Assembly: GCA_013265495.1 (NCBI GenBank)
Contig: MU058418.1
Location: 2,010,917-2,074,916 of the forward strand
DNA length: 64,000 nucleotides
Origin: Vicugna vicugna
Lineage: Eukaryota
Direction: 5' to 3'
Shown: piece by piece, positions 50,880-64,000 of the stretch
Layout: the number at the start of each line of letters is the position of its first letter
Numbering within the stretch: the stretch's first letter is position 1
The notes under the pieces: generated by a model
Seen by the model: only the letters and a program-made list of their open reading frames with translations
What the model was told of the DNA's origin: nothing
Databases searched by the model: none
Program-made: the position numbers and the translations under genes

Positions 50880-52720
50880 ATTATGAAAGAACCTTCCACT
50901 GCAAGAGAGCTAGAAATGGCAACAAAAAGTGCATAACTTAAAAGAGCATAAGGTAAGTAAAGGAAACCCCAGAGGCCAAAAGACAGAACTGAAATCAGAG
51001 TAGTAAGCTATCCTTAGAGCCATGGGGCATTTAATGAAACTAGGACCTAGAGGCTTAGGTTTTAATGGATAAACTAGGACCAGCAGAAAAAGCCTTTGGT
51101 GTGTGTGAAGTAGGGCTTCGGAACAAAGATCCTCCAACAGAAGTCAGGCCCCTCAAAACGGCTACAATCTCTGTGAAAGGGTGGGTTAGAAAACAAAAAA
51201 TCTGCCAGCTGTTAAAAGGAGATAGCAAGAAACCGTGTCTTTCTTGGCCTTGACTCCAGGTGAGGAGGAAAAGTCTCCTGAAAATTTGTGACCCATCAGA
51301 ATCTTAAAAAGAACCCTCCTCTCAAAATCTTCCTAGAAATTAAAATGTAATCAATGAAATTTAAAAATAAATGGATACAATTTCAATAAAATTTACACAT
51401 AATCACATGTAAAACTCAATGAACAGGTTAAACAGTTGAAGAGAGAATTTGTGATTTAGTAGATAAGTCAGAAGAAATTGCCCAGATAGCTAGTCTGAAA
51501 TAAAGAGATGGAAAGTATGGAAGGGATGTTGAGAGACATAAAGAACAGAATGAGAGTGATTTGTCATATAATTCCAGATGGAAAGACTAGTGAGAAAGGG
51601 AAAGAAACGATATTTAGAGATAATGATGAAAATTTTCCAGAATTGGTACAAAACACAAGTCTACAGATTTGGGAAGCATAACAAATTTTAAGAAGGCTAA
51701 ACTAAAAAGACATTCACAGCTATATAGATATAGTAGCCAAAGTGTAGAGCATCAAAGCTGAAGAGATCTTAAAAGAATGTAGAAAGAAAATACTAATTAC
51801 CTATAGAGGAAACTCATTTACACTGACTGATAACTTCTCAACAGCAACAGTGGAAGACAAGAGTTTTCAGTAGAATGATATTTGCAAAATTCATCTATTT
51901 GTTTCACTTTTAAATGGGTTTTATTTTTTAGAGCAGTATTAGGTTCAGAGCAGAATTGAACAGAAACTACAAAGAGTTCCCATATACCTCCTAACTCCAC
52001 ATATGCACAGCCTTGCCCACTGTCAACTCCAGCATCAGAATGGTACAGTTATAATGGATGAACCTACATTGACACATCATTATCACCCAAAGTCCATAGT
52101 TTACATTAGCACTCATTCTTGGTGAAATGCATTTTATAAATTTGGACAAATGCACAATGGCATGTATCCACCATTATATCATCATACAGAATAGTTCTAC
52201 TGCTCTGAAAACCCTCTACCTATTCACCCCTCTTTCCCTACTAGCCCCTAGAAACCACTAATCTTTTTATTGGCTCCATCGTTTTGCTTTTTCCAGAATG
52301 TCATATAGCTAGAATTATATGAAATGTAGGCTTTCCAGATTGGCTTCTTTCACTTAGTAACATTCATTTAAGTTTCCCCCATATCTTTTCATGTCTTGAC
52401 AGCTCATTTCTTTGTAGTGATGAGTAATATTCCATTGTCTGGAGGTACAACAGTTTATTTACCCATTCATCTAATGAAAAAGTCTTGGTTACTTCAAAGT
52501 TTTGGCAATTACGGCTAGAGCTGCTCTAAGCATCTTTTTGTGTCTGTGTGTGGACATAAGTTTTCAACTCATTTGGGTAAATATCAAAGACTGCACCATT
52601 TTCATTCCTAGTCATGAATCAAGAGTTCTTGTTGCTCCATATTCTTATCGGCATTTGGTATTGTCAGTGTTCTGGATTTTGGCCATTCTAATAGGTGTGT
52701 AATTGTTGTTTTAATTTGCA
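50880..52720. mobile_element. Old L1 remnant (plus, ~50880-51900) abutting an L1MB-like 3' end (minus, ~51905-52720)
   Basis: L1 ORF1-like A-rich sequence, then the antisense L1MB 3'UTR signature GATGAACCTACATTGACACATCATTATCACCCAAAGTCCATAGTTTACATTAG. Confidence 0.7.
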
Positions 52721-52862
52721 TGGTTAAGTCTTGAAGTCAGGTAGTGTTAGTCTTCTGACTTTGTCATTAGTCAGTCCAAAAGAAGGAAGGAACAGATAAA
52801 GAGAAAGAATTGGAGAAGATTTTGATGTTAGGCAGGTTTAGATCATGTAAGGGATTTTATGC

Positions 52863-53240
52863 TGTGTTAGTCAGAGTTCTCTAGAGAAACAGAATCAATA
52901 GGATATAGAGATTTAGACTTATTATAAGAAATCGGCTCACATGATTAGGCAAGACCCACCTACATTACGGAGGGCAAACTGCTTACTCAAAGGTCACTGA
53001 TTTACATTTTATTTTTATTTTATTTATTTATTTAAAATTGACATACAGTCAGATTACAATATGTCAATTTCTGGTGTACAGCATAATAGTTCAGTCATAC
53101 ATATACATACATATATTTGTTTCATATTCTTTTTCATTATAGGTTACTCAAGATATTGAATATAGTATGTGATTCCCTTTGTGGTTTACATTTTAATCTC
53201 ATCCAAAAACATCCTCCAAATTGACACTTAACATTAACAT
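52863..53240. mobile_element. MLT2-type ERVL LTR remnant interrupted by a short L1 3' end (~53012-53184)
   Basis: TGTGTTAGTCAGAGTTCTCTAGAGAAACAGAA...TTGACACTTAACATTAAC. The insert is flanked by the TSD TTTACATTTTA at 53001-53011 and 53185-53195. Confidence 0.7.
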
Positions 53241-54034
53241 ATACCAAGAGTAGAATCTGGATTTTATTTTAACTGATATGAGAAGCCATTGGAAGATTTT
53301 ATAAAGGGACTGATGAACTTGATTTATGTATTTAAAGATTATTCAGGTGCTAGGTTGAAAGTAGATCCTAGAGGGACATGAGTAGAGGCATAGAGACTAG
53401 GTGAAAACAGTGAAAAACATGAGGAAAGCTCAGACTCAACAGTATATTTGGAGATAGTTCTCTTTGACAGGGCTTGTTGAGAGAGTGGATGTGGGGGGTG
53501 TGAAGGAAAGAATGCGGTTAAGGTTAACCCTTAGGTCAGGGGCCAAATCAACTGAGTATACAGTATTACCATTAACTGATCTGGCAGAAAACTGGAGGAA
53601 GAGAGATTGGGTGGATAACAAGTGTGGGGTGGGCATATTAAATTTGAGATGTCAAGCAAAGATATACAGTAGGCAGTTATACAGTCTGGAGTTCAGAGGT
53701 GAGACATGAAATTGAGATATTAACAGTGGAGTTACCAGAGTATAGATTATAAATTGTTATAAATAAAATCACTTAAAGACTGAATAATGATAAATAAAAG
53801 GGACTTTTTCTCTTTCTCCTCCAAATCCAATCTCCACCCTCCTCCCCATCTTTGGCCTTGGGAGGCTGCAAAGACTCCATCAACAGAGCCCAGTATGTAT
53901 TGCCTTCTGGGTGGACTGGGTCAATGGAGCACATGGCAGGAGTTTGAAGGAAGGAGAGGATCATGATGAGCTGGCAATTAGAGGTTGGTGAAAGTCCTTT
54001 ATCATTACAAAGGGCATCAAAAACATCTTTGTAG

Positions 54035-54311
54035 AAACAGAAATAGACTCATAGACATAGAATACAAACTTGTGGTTGCCAAGGTGGCGGAGGGTGGGAA
54101 GGGCTAGACTGGGGTTTCAAAATTGTAGAATAGATAAACAAGATTATACTGTATAGCACAGGGAAATATATACAAGATCTTATGGTAGCTCACGGAGAGA
54201 AAAGGTGACAATGAATATATATCATGTATAACTGAAAAATTGTGCTCTACACTGGAATTTGATACAACATTGTAAAATGATTATAAATCAATAAAAAATG
54301 TTTTAAAAAAC
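54035..54311 (+). mobile_element. 5'-truncated young L1 3'-end insertion
   Basis: L1 3'UTR (ATAGATAAACAAGATTATACTGTATAGCACAGGGAAATATA) with AATAAA and an A tail. TSD CATCTTTGTAG at 54024-54034 and 54312-54322. Confidence 0.85.
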
Positions 54312-57300
54312 CATCTTTGTAGGCCATAATAATTGATTGATAACTAGCTGGAAGAAACTATAGTCCAAGGCTCATTATGACTTAAAGGGATATGAAGGGA
54401 ACAGAAAGATAATTGACAATGTTCAATGCCAATGAGATATCTTTATAGGGACTATAAATATAAACCACTTTATAGGGATTTTATAGCACTAATTCAGTAG
54501 TGCTTCAGTTTCTAGGTTCCATATCTTCTGCACTACATAGGGGTGGTGTGTATCTGATTATATTTTTATCCCCTACCCTAGACTGGGAGAGTTCCTTATA
54601 AATAGGCATACACTTATATGGACTAAGCAATCCTCAACATGCCTGGCTCACAGGTTTGGTGAATACATGTGTTTGCTAATTCCTGGAATGCCTTTCACTT
54701 CCTAGTTAGAATCTCAATTTTTATTTATTTCTCTAATCTTACCTCCCTTGATTCTGAAAGGTCCATTTAATTCAGATGTTACCCTTCTAAGAATTCTTCC
54801 CCAAACTACCCCGTAATTAAGGGCTCTCAGGCTTTGTAGATATACCTCTACCCAGGTTTTCATTGGTAAAAGCAAAAACAAGTGAAAAAAGATAAAATAA
54901 AAAATCACCCACAACTAGACAGAGGCATACATATGTAAAATATCTCTCTCATTTTTTTCCCTATTCTTGAACTCCTTCCCCTTTACCACTGAATGTATGA
55001 AAACTTTTAATAACTGCTTTGAGAATAAAATGAAACATATGTAATAAAACCAAAAATGTTAAAAAAAACCCATAGTATTTATTACTTTGAGTTTTGAAGA
55101 ATTTAAAACTACAGCTCACATCATATGCTGAAATGAATTCTAGGAGGCTTAAAGAATTAAATATAAACACATACATAGTAGAAGAAAACAAACTAGAATA
55201 TTTATTAAATCTCTGAAGATGGGAGAATGTCCAGAGCTTAGAAAAGTATTCAATATTATGAGGGAAAGATGAACAGTTCTTTCTTTGGTACTTAAAAAAT
55301 AGGACTTATTTACTGCCAATACAAAGGACTGATGTGTATGTTACATAAAGAATTCATGCAAAAAAATTTAAAATTACCCAATGAGTAAGAGGGCAAAAGG
55401 TATAAAAAAAATTCACAAAAGAAGAAATTTAACAGGTGACCAACATATGTAATAATGTTCAATATCACTATTAATTCAAATTAAAGGAACAAGGTTCTGC
55501 TTTCTGCCCCTTTATTCTTATGGGTCACAATTCCTATTACTAAGCTGCCTTCCAAAACAGTTACAGCAATTCATACTGCTTCCAGGAGTGCCCAAGAGCA
55601 TCATTTTGTTACTTCTTTACAATCGTTTGGCATTATCTTCTTACTTTTTTAAATTCATACCAATTCACCCAGTACTTTAATTTCAGGTTAATAATCCCAA
55701 ACATGGGGAAGTCACAACATTTTAAAATATAATACAACAGTACACAATCTAGCAATAGGAATGGTCAAATACAGTATATCTATTTGATGGATCTGAGTGT
55801 TAACTGGTAAAGAAATAAATATAAAATTGTTTCCTTACTTGTCCACATTTCATTTGCTATAGTTAGATTACCTTTTGTCTTAGGGTGTGTCAAACGGGCA
55901 CTCTCTCCTCCCTGGCTGAAATTATGAGTTCTTTTAGTTGTAGTGAGAATGACATCTAGACAAGCCATGTAGAGGCACAGGCTGGCTGAAGAGTCTCCTT
56001 GGCCCTGGGATGGGCACTACCTCAGCCTCTTTCTGAAGAGGTCTGTGGCAGCCTTGAGGACAGGAGTAATGACTCTCAGTGAGCACCATGGGCAGGCAAC
56101 TCACTCTTACTGCCTCTGTCAGGGAAGAAATTCAAGGGTCCTGGACACCCAGTCAGACTATTCTTTTTATCGTATTCAGCCATCAGTTGATAAGACTATT
56201 CATAATAATATGCAAGCATAATTTTCTAAACAAAAGGAGATCTCAGTAAGAGGTTTTAAAATGATGCATGTTCTCCTTTCTTATTGAAGAAATGCTGTTC
56301 TCCCTCCCTAGGGACACAGACCTCTAACTTTCTAAACAAAACACAACTTGCAACCATTAAAGGCAGGATGTGAATGCATGTAGGCAGTGGGGCTAGGGAG
56401 TCTCAGGCTCAAAGGAAAGGTTTTCCTGAGTCTTCTATAATATTTTTATCCTCTAAAGTGTACACACAAACACACACACACACACATGCACATACATGCA
56501 CGAGTGCCCAAAGGACCCTGGCCAATGAAACGCCCTAGGAACACTGACACCGTTATGGTGGTCTCCAAGATGGACTCACAGTGTAGGGGGTGGTAAGGGA
56601 AGAACAAGGCTCTGGAGTTAGTCTGATTCTACTACTTATGTAATCTTGGGTGAGAAACTCTTCTCGTGTATAAATATAACATGTAAGAATTTAATAAGAT
56701 AATGTATGCAAAGCCAGTAGCGCACTATTTGGCACATAGCAAACAGCCTGGAATGGGATCCCTGTCGGTAGTTATTCTAAATAGGCACCTATGTGTAACT
56801 AACTATAATTTATATGAGTGTTAGGAACTTGGAATGTCCAGAGGTATAAGCTACTCTGGGAAATTTGATTCCCACTCCCCACCCAATGCTCCTACCTCCT
56901 GCACTCTGTCAAACAGATTTACTCGGAAGAAGAGACCCTGGGAAAGAGGTGTGAAAAGGGAGAATCACATGGCACTTGGCTCCTTTCTCAGGTCGGGGAC
57001 TAATCAGGAGAGTGGGAGCATTCGTCCCACCTCCGTGCAGAACTCAGCAGCTCCAGAACAATGACAGACGGGCTGGGAGAACTCAGAAAACAGCACCCTT
57101 GGGTTTGTAGAATTCTCAGGGTGAAACCATATTAGGAACAAGATCCCCAGAAGGCGGCAGATGTGGGGCAAGTCCAGTGGGGTGGACTTGCTCTGGAGCC
57201 TATGAGATCCTCTCTGTCTCTCAAAAGATACTTGGGGGTACTTTGCCCGGCTACTGCCCTTCATAAAGGTGAGGGCACTGAAGCAATGAAGTCTGGGTTT

Positions 57301-57664
57301 AATTGCTAAAGGAGACTTCTTATACCCATAGGCTGAGGAGTGCTGTGGAAAGGACACAAGATTCCCCATTTACTGTGGGAAGATGGTAAATTACAAGCAT
57401 TAAGAAATGGGAAGAGAAGAGTGGGTAGAACCTTATGTTTCTTGTAAAACTTGGTAGCTACTGACAACTCCCAGTCTCCTGAAAAAGTATAGATTCATCT
57501 GCGTGTCTATCAGCAACTGTTCAAAGGCTTTTGGGATTTATCCTAAGTTTGTCAATAAGCTTCTAGCTTTTGTTTAAAAATTATTTTATTATTAAGTATA
57601 TCATAGAAAATTTATATAAAACAGACTTCTAATTTGTAATGAACATTGTTGAAATTATAGGTAT

Positions 57665-57988
57665 AAAGACAACATGAATGGATCTGAAAGCCATAATGTT
57701 TTGTGAAATAAGCCAGACAGAGAAAGACAAATACTTTATGGTATCACTTATACGTGGAATCTTAAAAAAAAAAAAAAGGTCCAACTCATAAAAGCAGAGT
57801 AGAATGGTGGTGGCTTCTAGGGGTTGGGGCGGGAGGTGGGAGAAATGGGGAGATATTGGTCAAAGGGTACAAGCTTTCAGTTATAAGACAAGTTTTCTGA
57901 GGATCTAATGTACAGCATGGTGACTATAGTTAATAATACTGTAATAACACTTGAAATTTGCTAACAGAGTGGTTCTTAAGTGTTCTTG

Positions 57989-58026
<38 letters not shown>

Positions 58027-58160
58027 ACAAAGTGACTATGTGAAGTGATGGATGTGTTAATTAACTACATTGTGGTAAATATGTCACAAATGTATACCTA
58101 TATCAAAATCATCATGTGGTACAGTTTAATATATATAATCTTATTTGTCAGTTATACCTC
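57665..58160 (+). mobile_element. L1MA-type 3' end containing a (CA)n microsatellite
   Basis: AAATAAGCCAGACAGAGAAAGACAAATAC...GTCAAAGGGTACAAGCTTTCAGTTATAAGA...CCTCAATAAAGCT. Confidence 0.85.
57992..58029. repeat. (CA)n microsatellite
   Basis: About 15 perfect AC units plus an imperfect extension. Shorter (CA)n at ~56462-56490, and (TCAC)n at ~62915-62950. Confidence 0.9.
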
Positions 58161-58629
58161 AATAAAGCTAGAAAAAAAGAGCTAAATCATTCATTTTGGA
58201 GATTAAGAAACAAAAGCTTAGAGAAATTGAGATTTACCCAAGGTTACACAGATAACAGTGGTGTTTTTTATTTTTTTAAAGAGCCAATCTTGCTATTCAC
58301 ATTCTAGATTTCTCATACTCCTGCTGAAAAATCGATAATCTTACTTTTAAAATCTCATTCAAATTCAATTTAGTAATTTTCCTCTAGCATATACTTCTTG
58401 ATAATGTCACATAAAAAGACTCTAGATTTTATCCTTCTCAACTATCTAGGTGATTTCTAATTACAAAGTAATGTAGAAAGCGTGCTTCCTTGAATACTTG
58501 AGAAAAAGAAAAGAGGCAGTCATCAGTTATCTCAGCATCCATATTTCGTTGGTAAAATGATAAAGTGTCTTTATGTTCATGAAGTTCACAGACAACTCCT
58601 TATGTTAAGAGTGTGACCAGTATTTCTAC

Positions 58630-58747
58630 TTTATTTATATCAATGTTAATTTTGTTTCTCAAAGCCAACATTTACTGAGTACTTTTCCTTAACAGACTGA
58701 CTTTTCTACTGAAAATGTTAAAAGGGAAAATGAACAATAGATTTATT
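58630..58747 (-). terminator. Candidate AK9 polyadenylation signals (AATAAA at 58742-58747 and 58630-58635)
   Basis: Two TTTATT hexamers on plus, 300-420 nt past the AK9 stop. Which one is used cannot be told from sequence. Confidence 0.45.
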
Positions 58748-59047
58748 AAGTAAAATAAGTCACCTAAATATTCCAAATGGAATTCTAAATGGGATAACTA
58801 TTTTGTTAAAGCATAAAAATTCAGGCAAAGAGCAATAAACTTTAAAATTATATGAAAACTTAGGCTTACAGAAGAGCACTCCTTCCTGCTGGCAGAGCTT
58901 TGAATTCATTTGCAGTGTAGCCAGTGTAGCAGCTGTGGTGCATCACACAGGAGGGAAAAGTACATCAGGGGGAGCCGGATTTTCAACCTATTTCCCTTAT
59001 CCTTTTCAGGTAACTCTTAAGATCCTGGGTGCAGTTACCCAAGCAAA

Positions 59048-62000
59048 CTATCCATGGACTGGGTCTATATTTCTAAGAGAGAGAAAGGTCTGTAATTTAT
59101 GATCAAAGTCAATAGCTCTAAACTGAGGTTCCTTGTATTTTCTGGTCATCTTGGCTCCCAGGTATGTAATGAGTTCACATCTCTCCATAAACTGCTCCAT
59201 CTTCTTCTTATATTTTTTTCTTGTATATTCAGAACTTTTGGGATTAAAGGCTGTAGAAAATTTCACAGAACTGTGAATGTTTTCTGTTAGGTTAGTGAAT
59301 CATTTAATTAGAGAGAGCACTGTGTGTGTGATTCGGTTGCACAGCTATGGCCAAGAAAATATATATCCAAATCCCAAATAAGATTTGGGGCTTATTCTAT
59401 TTTAGATCATAATTGCCACTATTCACCTTCCTATACAGCACAAATTATTGACAGCTCATTATGTTACCTGTAGTCCCTGCTTTAAAAACTGGAAACTCAG
59501 GCTTGATATTTTTGCTAAAATATTTCCTACCAATACACACACACACACCCATGCAAGCAACAAACCCAGCTCGACATGTTTTTTTTAATCATGTTATACT
59601 ACAATTAATGTTAAATTAGTTCTGAGTAGCATATCATTTCCAGCCAAAAAAAAAGACAAGACATACCTTTTAGATGAAATGCTACGTAGAGTAGTGCAGA
59701 TCTCTTTATACTTAAGAAGGGGAATTTGGGCTTTAAGCATCCTGCTGCATTCATTGCCTTAATCAGAGAAGTTGCGATACCCTGCAGGCAGGAAACAAAT
59801 TGTGTATATTTGAGTTTGTTTTCCTTTCTTAATGGCAAATAGATAAAAAGGCTCTTCTTTGCCTCAAATAGCCTCCTGGGGTTGGAGATGGAACTTATAA
59901 AGAGGGGTGAGTGAGCACTTAGTTGACAGGAAAGAAACACAAAATACATTTGATTAAGAAAAATAAAAACCACAATTGGCTTAGTGCCAGGTAGGTGATG
60001 GATACATGGGTTTCATTACACAATTCTCTCTATTTTTATATGTTTGAAATTTTCCATAATAAAAAGTTAAAAAAGAAAGAAGGGGACACTGTGAGTTGTC
60101 TTGGCCCATCTTTGCTTCCATTGCTCAGAACTGGTCAGACTGCGTCCCACTCTCGGGTCCCAGGGCCACCTGATGAGGAATCCCAGACAACACAGTTATC
60201 GCTGCAGTCAAGATTCTGAAGGTGGGAAGGCTACAGCTCAGTGGTAGAGCGCATGCTTAACACACGAGGTCCTGTGTTCAATCCCCAGTACCTCCATTCA
60301 AATAAATAAGTAAATAAATAAACCTAATTAACTCCCCCAAAACAAAAACAAACAACAAACAAAAACAAAATAAAATATATTTTTTAAAAAAGATTGTGGA
60401 GTCCCTAGCAGGCAAAGAGAATACTCCTCTCTGGGTGAGCCTCATCTTGTCTTTTGATTTTAAGCCAGATTGAAGGCTAACCACCTAGGAGAGCTGAAAA
60501 AAAAAAAGTGGTTAAGAATTTGTAGGAAAGGTATGAAGTTGTGTCCACGGCATCTGTTTTATAGAATTTTTTCCAAAAGCTTTTAAAATAGTGGTTGCTA
60601 CTGGTAAGTTTGACTATATTTAGAAAGAGATTATATTTAGATAAATAAGTCGTGACTTGAGTGAATAGCTTCACCTGGATTTTGGCCAAAACATGTGTTT
60701 GGTGGTTCAGTTGTGGTGATACTGCAACTCAACTGTTTTCAGCAGCAAAAAACCTCTCAGAGACTGACTTAGCACATTTCAAATTAAGAAAGAGTTTTAC
60801 AGATGCTGAAATTCCAAATAAGAAACTACACATCAAATGTAAATAATTTTCTAACATTCTACCCTTTCTTCCCTTTAGTGCAGCTATTTGGGGCTAGCTA
60901 CAGAAATGGGGGCTTTTCTCACATTTTATTTTCACAACCATGTAAAACCAAAATAGGTTAAAAGTGAATTTACAGCTTAAAATCAGGAAACTCTGCCTTG
61001 AGTTTCATTGTCCCCCAAATAAAAATGATCGCTGAAGAAGAGACTGCTGTAGTCCTCTAATACCCAAACACAGGAAATCATGTAAAGGAACCTGCTCCAC
61101 ATATCCAGGCAAAGGCAGACTCGTGAGACACATCGGCTCCTTTAACGGGGGAAGTTTGTGAGGAAGCTTCTGATCCCAGTATTTCAGTGGCAACCTAGCA
61201 ACACAAAATCCGTTAGATAGATGCTGGTAAATGTACTCATTGTGTGTGCACAGGAAGGCAGACACACGAGAGACAACGAAAAGATAATGTTCACTACCTG
61301 TTTTTCTCCAGTGGAGAAAATGACACAAGTGGGAAGACTGGGTCTCCTGGAAATTCATGGCCACCAATTACACCGGGGTTCCTAGCCCTGCTTATGTCTT
61401 CTCAGTTTTCTTGTCTTTCACAGAAACTATATAAAACTTTCTATATTCTCCTCTCACTTTCAACCCTCCCAAGTAACCCCTGCACAAGTGCCATGCTCTA
61501 TAAAGAGAAGCCATTGGAATAGAACTTCCTCAACGGCTCACCACGAGCAGAGCCTCACACAGCTTCCTTGTCCCGTGGCAGAGCTCACCTCCCATCAAAG
61601 ATCAGTCTCCACCCACACTTTGGATCCCCACTCAGCCCTCTCTCCAGATATCCTAATAGAGCAAATTTTCTCTCTCCCGCACTTTTGGCATTTCCTTCTT
61701 TACTGGATCCTTCCCGTGTACCTGCATTTTAAACACGCTCAGATCTTTCCCATGGAAAAAGAAAGAAAAAAGAAAAACCACCTTCTCTCCTTCAATCTGA
61801 TATCCCTTCCAGCAACTGATGTCTCTTCTCTTTTTACAGTTATGTTTCTTCAGTGAGCTCCACTAGAGATCACAAACTACTGCACAAAGGCTATCTGCAG
61901 ATGTGATTTAATCCACAGTGTATTTTTTTTTACAGTTGAATCAGTCACAAAAGCTTAAAAATCAGAAAAATTTAAGAAGAAATTTGGTTTCCAACTTCTT

Positions 62001-62692
62001 GCGAAGAACAGAAATGTCTGGCAGTGGATGAGTAACGGATGCCCCCTTCAGCTATGTGTGTGTTTATATTTATATGCACGTGCACGTGTCTGTGTGTGTG
62101 CGTCTGTGTGTATATATAGATCTAGCCCAGCCTGGTGCATTTAACATAGATAATAAATAAATAAATACTTGTGACTTAGTGAATGGTCTCACCTCAAAAA
62201 TTTCTGAAGTTTTTCTTTACTCTCACAAATATATATACGATCACGATATTCTAAAGCATAGTTAATGCTACCAGGTACTAGGGCTTCATATCTGAAAGAC
62301 AAACAAACAAAAACAATTATGTATTGTGTAATTAGTATGCTGTACTGTGTAAATAAAATGTCAAAAATATTTTATTTTTCTATCTTTGCAGCTCAAGGAA
62401 GAAACAGAACATTTTCCAGTTTAACAATAGTGATTTTTTGATCAAAATGTTAAGATTGTTATATGGACCACTTACTCCGAGTAGAGCTATCATTCTGTAC
62501 TTGCACGAGGGTGAGGACTTGCCTTTGTTTTCCGTCCTTATAGGTCACTGGACAGTAGCCCTGGAGCTCAGCACACTTAGGGAATCGGCTCTTCAGCTCT
62601 GACAGTGTCAGCCTTTTAGGGATCATCTCGGCAGATGGGAGTGGATGAGGTGCTAATGGAGGCACATATAATTCTGGATTCTCCAAAAATTT
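59048..62692 (-). CDS. AK9: Adenylate kinase 9, last five coding exons; upstream exons lie beyond the right window edge
   Basis: Exons on minus: 62523-62692 ([12 protein letters not shown]...[13 protein letters not shown]), 62193-62291 ([15 protein letters not shown]...KLQKFLR), 61092-61194 ([16 protein letters not shown]...GYVEQ), 59667-59781 ([22 protein letters not shown]...), 59048-59250 (...[23 protein letters not shown]). Phases are consistent, and synteny with ZBTB24 fits. Confidence 0.93.
60222..60390 (+). mobile_element. tRNA-derived SINE (vic-1-like), long-tail type
   Basis: CAGCTCAGTGGTAGAGCGCATGCTT...TTCAATCCCCAGTACCTCC and AAACCTAATTAACTCCCCC tail. Degenerate TSD AAGATTCTGAAG / AAGATTGTGGAG. 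Confidence 0.85.
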
Positions 62693-64000
62693 CTATAAAA
62701 AAGATTATAGCAACAAGACTGTATGAAACAGAATTACTACACCAATAAAAATCCACTGAGGCTCTCCTGCTACTGTCTCCATTTTCAGTAGCAATGTTTG
62801 GTCCTTCACAACATCTGAGAGCTGCTTTCTGCATTACAGTAACTTCTTCCCTGACTGGAAGTTCCTTATAGTAATACTTGCAAGTGATTTCATCTACGGT
62901 CTCTTGGACTTTCATTCACTCACTCACCTACTCACTCACTCACTTACTCATCCATTTATACAAATAATATTTGTTGAGCTCTTACAACGTGCCATGCACT
63001 GGAGTGCATAGTCACTTGCCACCTGTCTTCCTGTCCTGCAGAATAACTAATCAGGTGGGTGCCCTTTGGCAGATGAGTTAACTTCTCCAGCTTCAGTTAT
63101 CACTCTGTAAAATGAAAGGAGCAGACCAAATACACTATCTCTAATGTCACTTCCAGTTTTTAAGATTCTGTGATTATCACCTAAATAAGCAGGGAGAAAT
63201 ACATGTCTTCTTAATAAAGTGAAAAAAAAATTTTGAATTCTTCCTTAGAAACAATAATTAGTACATATATGTAAACTAAAAAATGTGCAGTATACTGTAT
63301 ATATGTATTTACATGCAATATAATGTGTATGTGCAGTCAAACTGTAATAATTCTACCTAATAAAACTGAAAAAAAAGAGAAAAATTTTGAATTCTTCAGA
63401 GGAAAATAAAATGTTCAGAGGCATCTGATTAATTTAACCACCAACATTTTTATATTATTAAATTATGATATCAGAACAAATCTTTATTCTGTTTCATTAA
63501 ACAGAAATATAAGGTATATAAGGAATTAAAATAGAAGAAAGTTTAAAGCATAAGAGACGTAAGTCAGGTCTTGTTTCATTTCTACTGATTTTGACTTCCC
63601 TTCTGCACCCTTGGAATGAAATCCCCTGGGGGCCCACCTGTGGGCTGAGCCCAGCTGCTCAGCATCCCCTCCACAGGTGGGCTCACTATTGGATCTCCTT
63701 CCCTGTCAAGCTGGCTCAGGTGGAGGGTCCATCACTAACCCTGAACTTCTGCTTTGTGCCAAAATATGTCTTGGGATGCAGTCTTAGGATTAGCTTCCGA
63801 GTTGCCTCATTGGTCCCAGAGTCAAAGGTTCCAAAAATGGGGCTCCTGGTCCCCAGTTCCTGGGTGCTCCCAGCTGTATTAACCCCTTCCCGTTTGATGA
63901 ATTCTGAGACAGACATTTCCTTTCCCTAGTAAATATCTAGAATTAGGAACAAACTTACATTCAATTTTTCATGAGAACTCATTTTATAATAGTGCCCTCT

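Noticed and set aside
56834..57369. Possible processed pseudogene or small gene between ZBTB24 and AK9
   Set aside because: No recognisable protein similarity, polyA tail or TSD. It cannot be supported without a search.
61195..61367. Upstream part of ORF 61005-61367 as AK9 coding sequence
   Set aside because: Only 61092-61194 is bounded by splice sites and matches AK9; the remainder is open-frame intron.

Overview
Mammalian genomic DNA, not prokaryotic. It is probably a camelid, judged from five tRNA-Ala-derived SINEs resembling vic-1. The window holds the conserved gene block PPIL6(-) / SMPD2(+) / MICAL1(-) / ZBTB24(-) / AK9(-). I traced spliced CDSs by hand: SMPD2 (10 coding exons, 423 aa), MICAL1 (24 coding exons, 1067 aa) and ZBTB24 (6 coding exons, 697 aa) are complete and intact. 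PPIL6 (first 5 exons) and AK9 (last 5 exons) run off the window ends. The rest is introns and intergenic DNA with L1, L2, MIR, MaLR/MLT LTR, hAT/MER and SINE repeats, plus three CpG-island promoters. Most short ORFs in the track are antisense, intronic or repeat-derived noise. I found no clearly novel system. The best leads are regulatory: two GC-AG introns, paired RFX X-boxes in the PPIL6/SMPD2 bidirectional promoter, an exact ZBTB24-consensus site in SMPD2 exon 3, a SMPD2 polyA signal overlapping its stop codon, a ZBTB24 intron-readthrough ORF, and an intronic hairpin in AK9. Repeat subfamily names are from recognition, not a database search.
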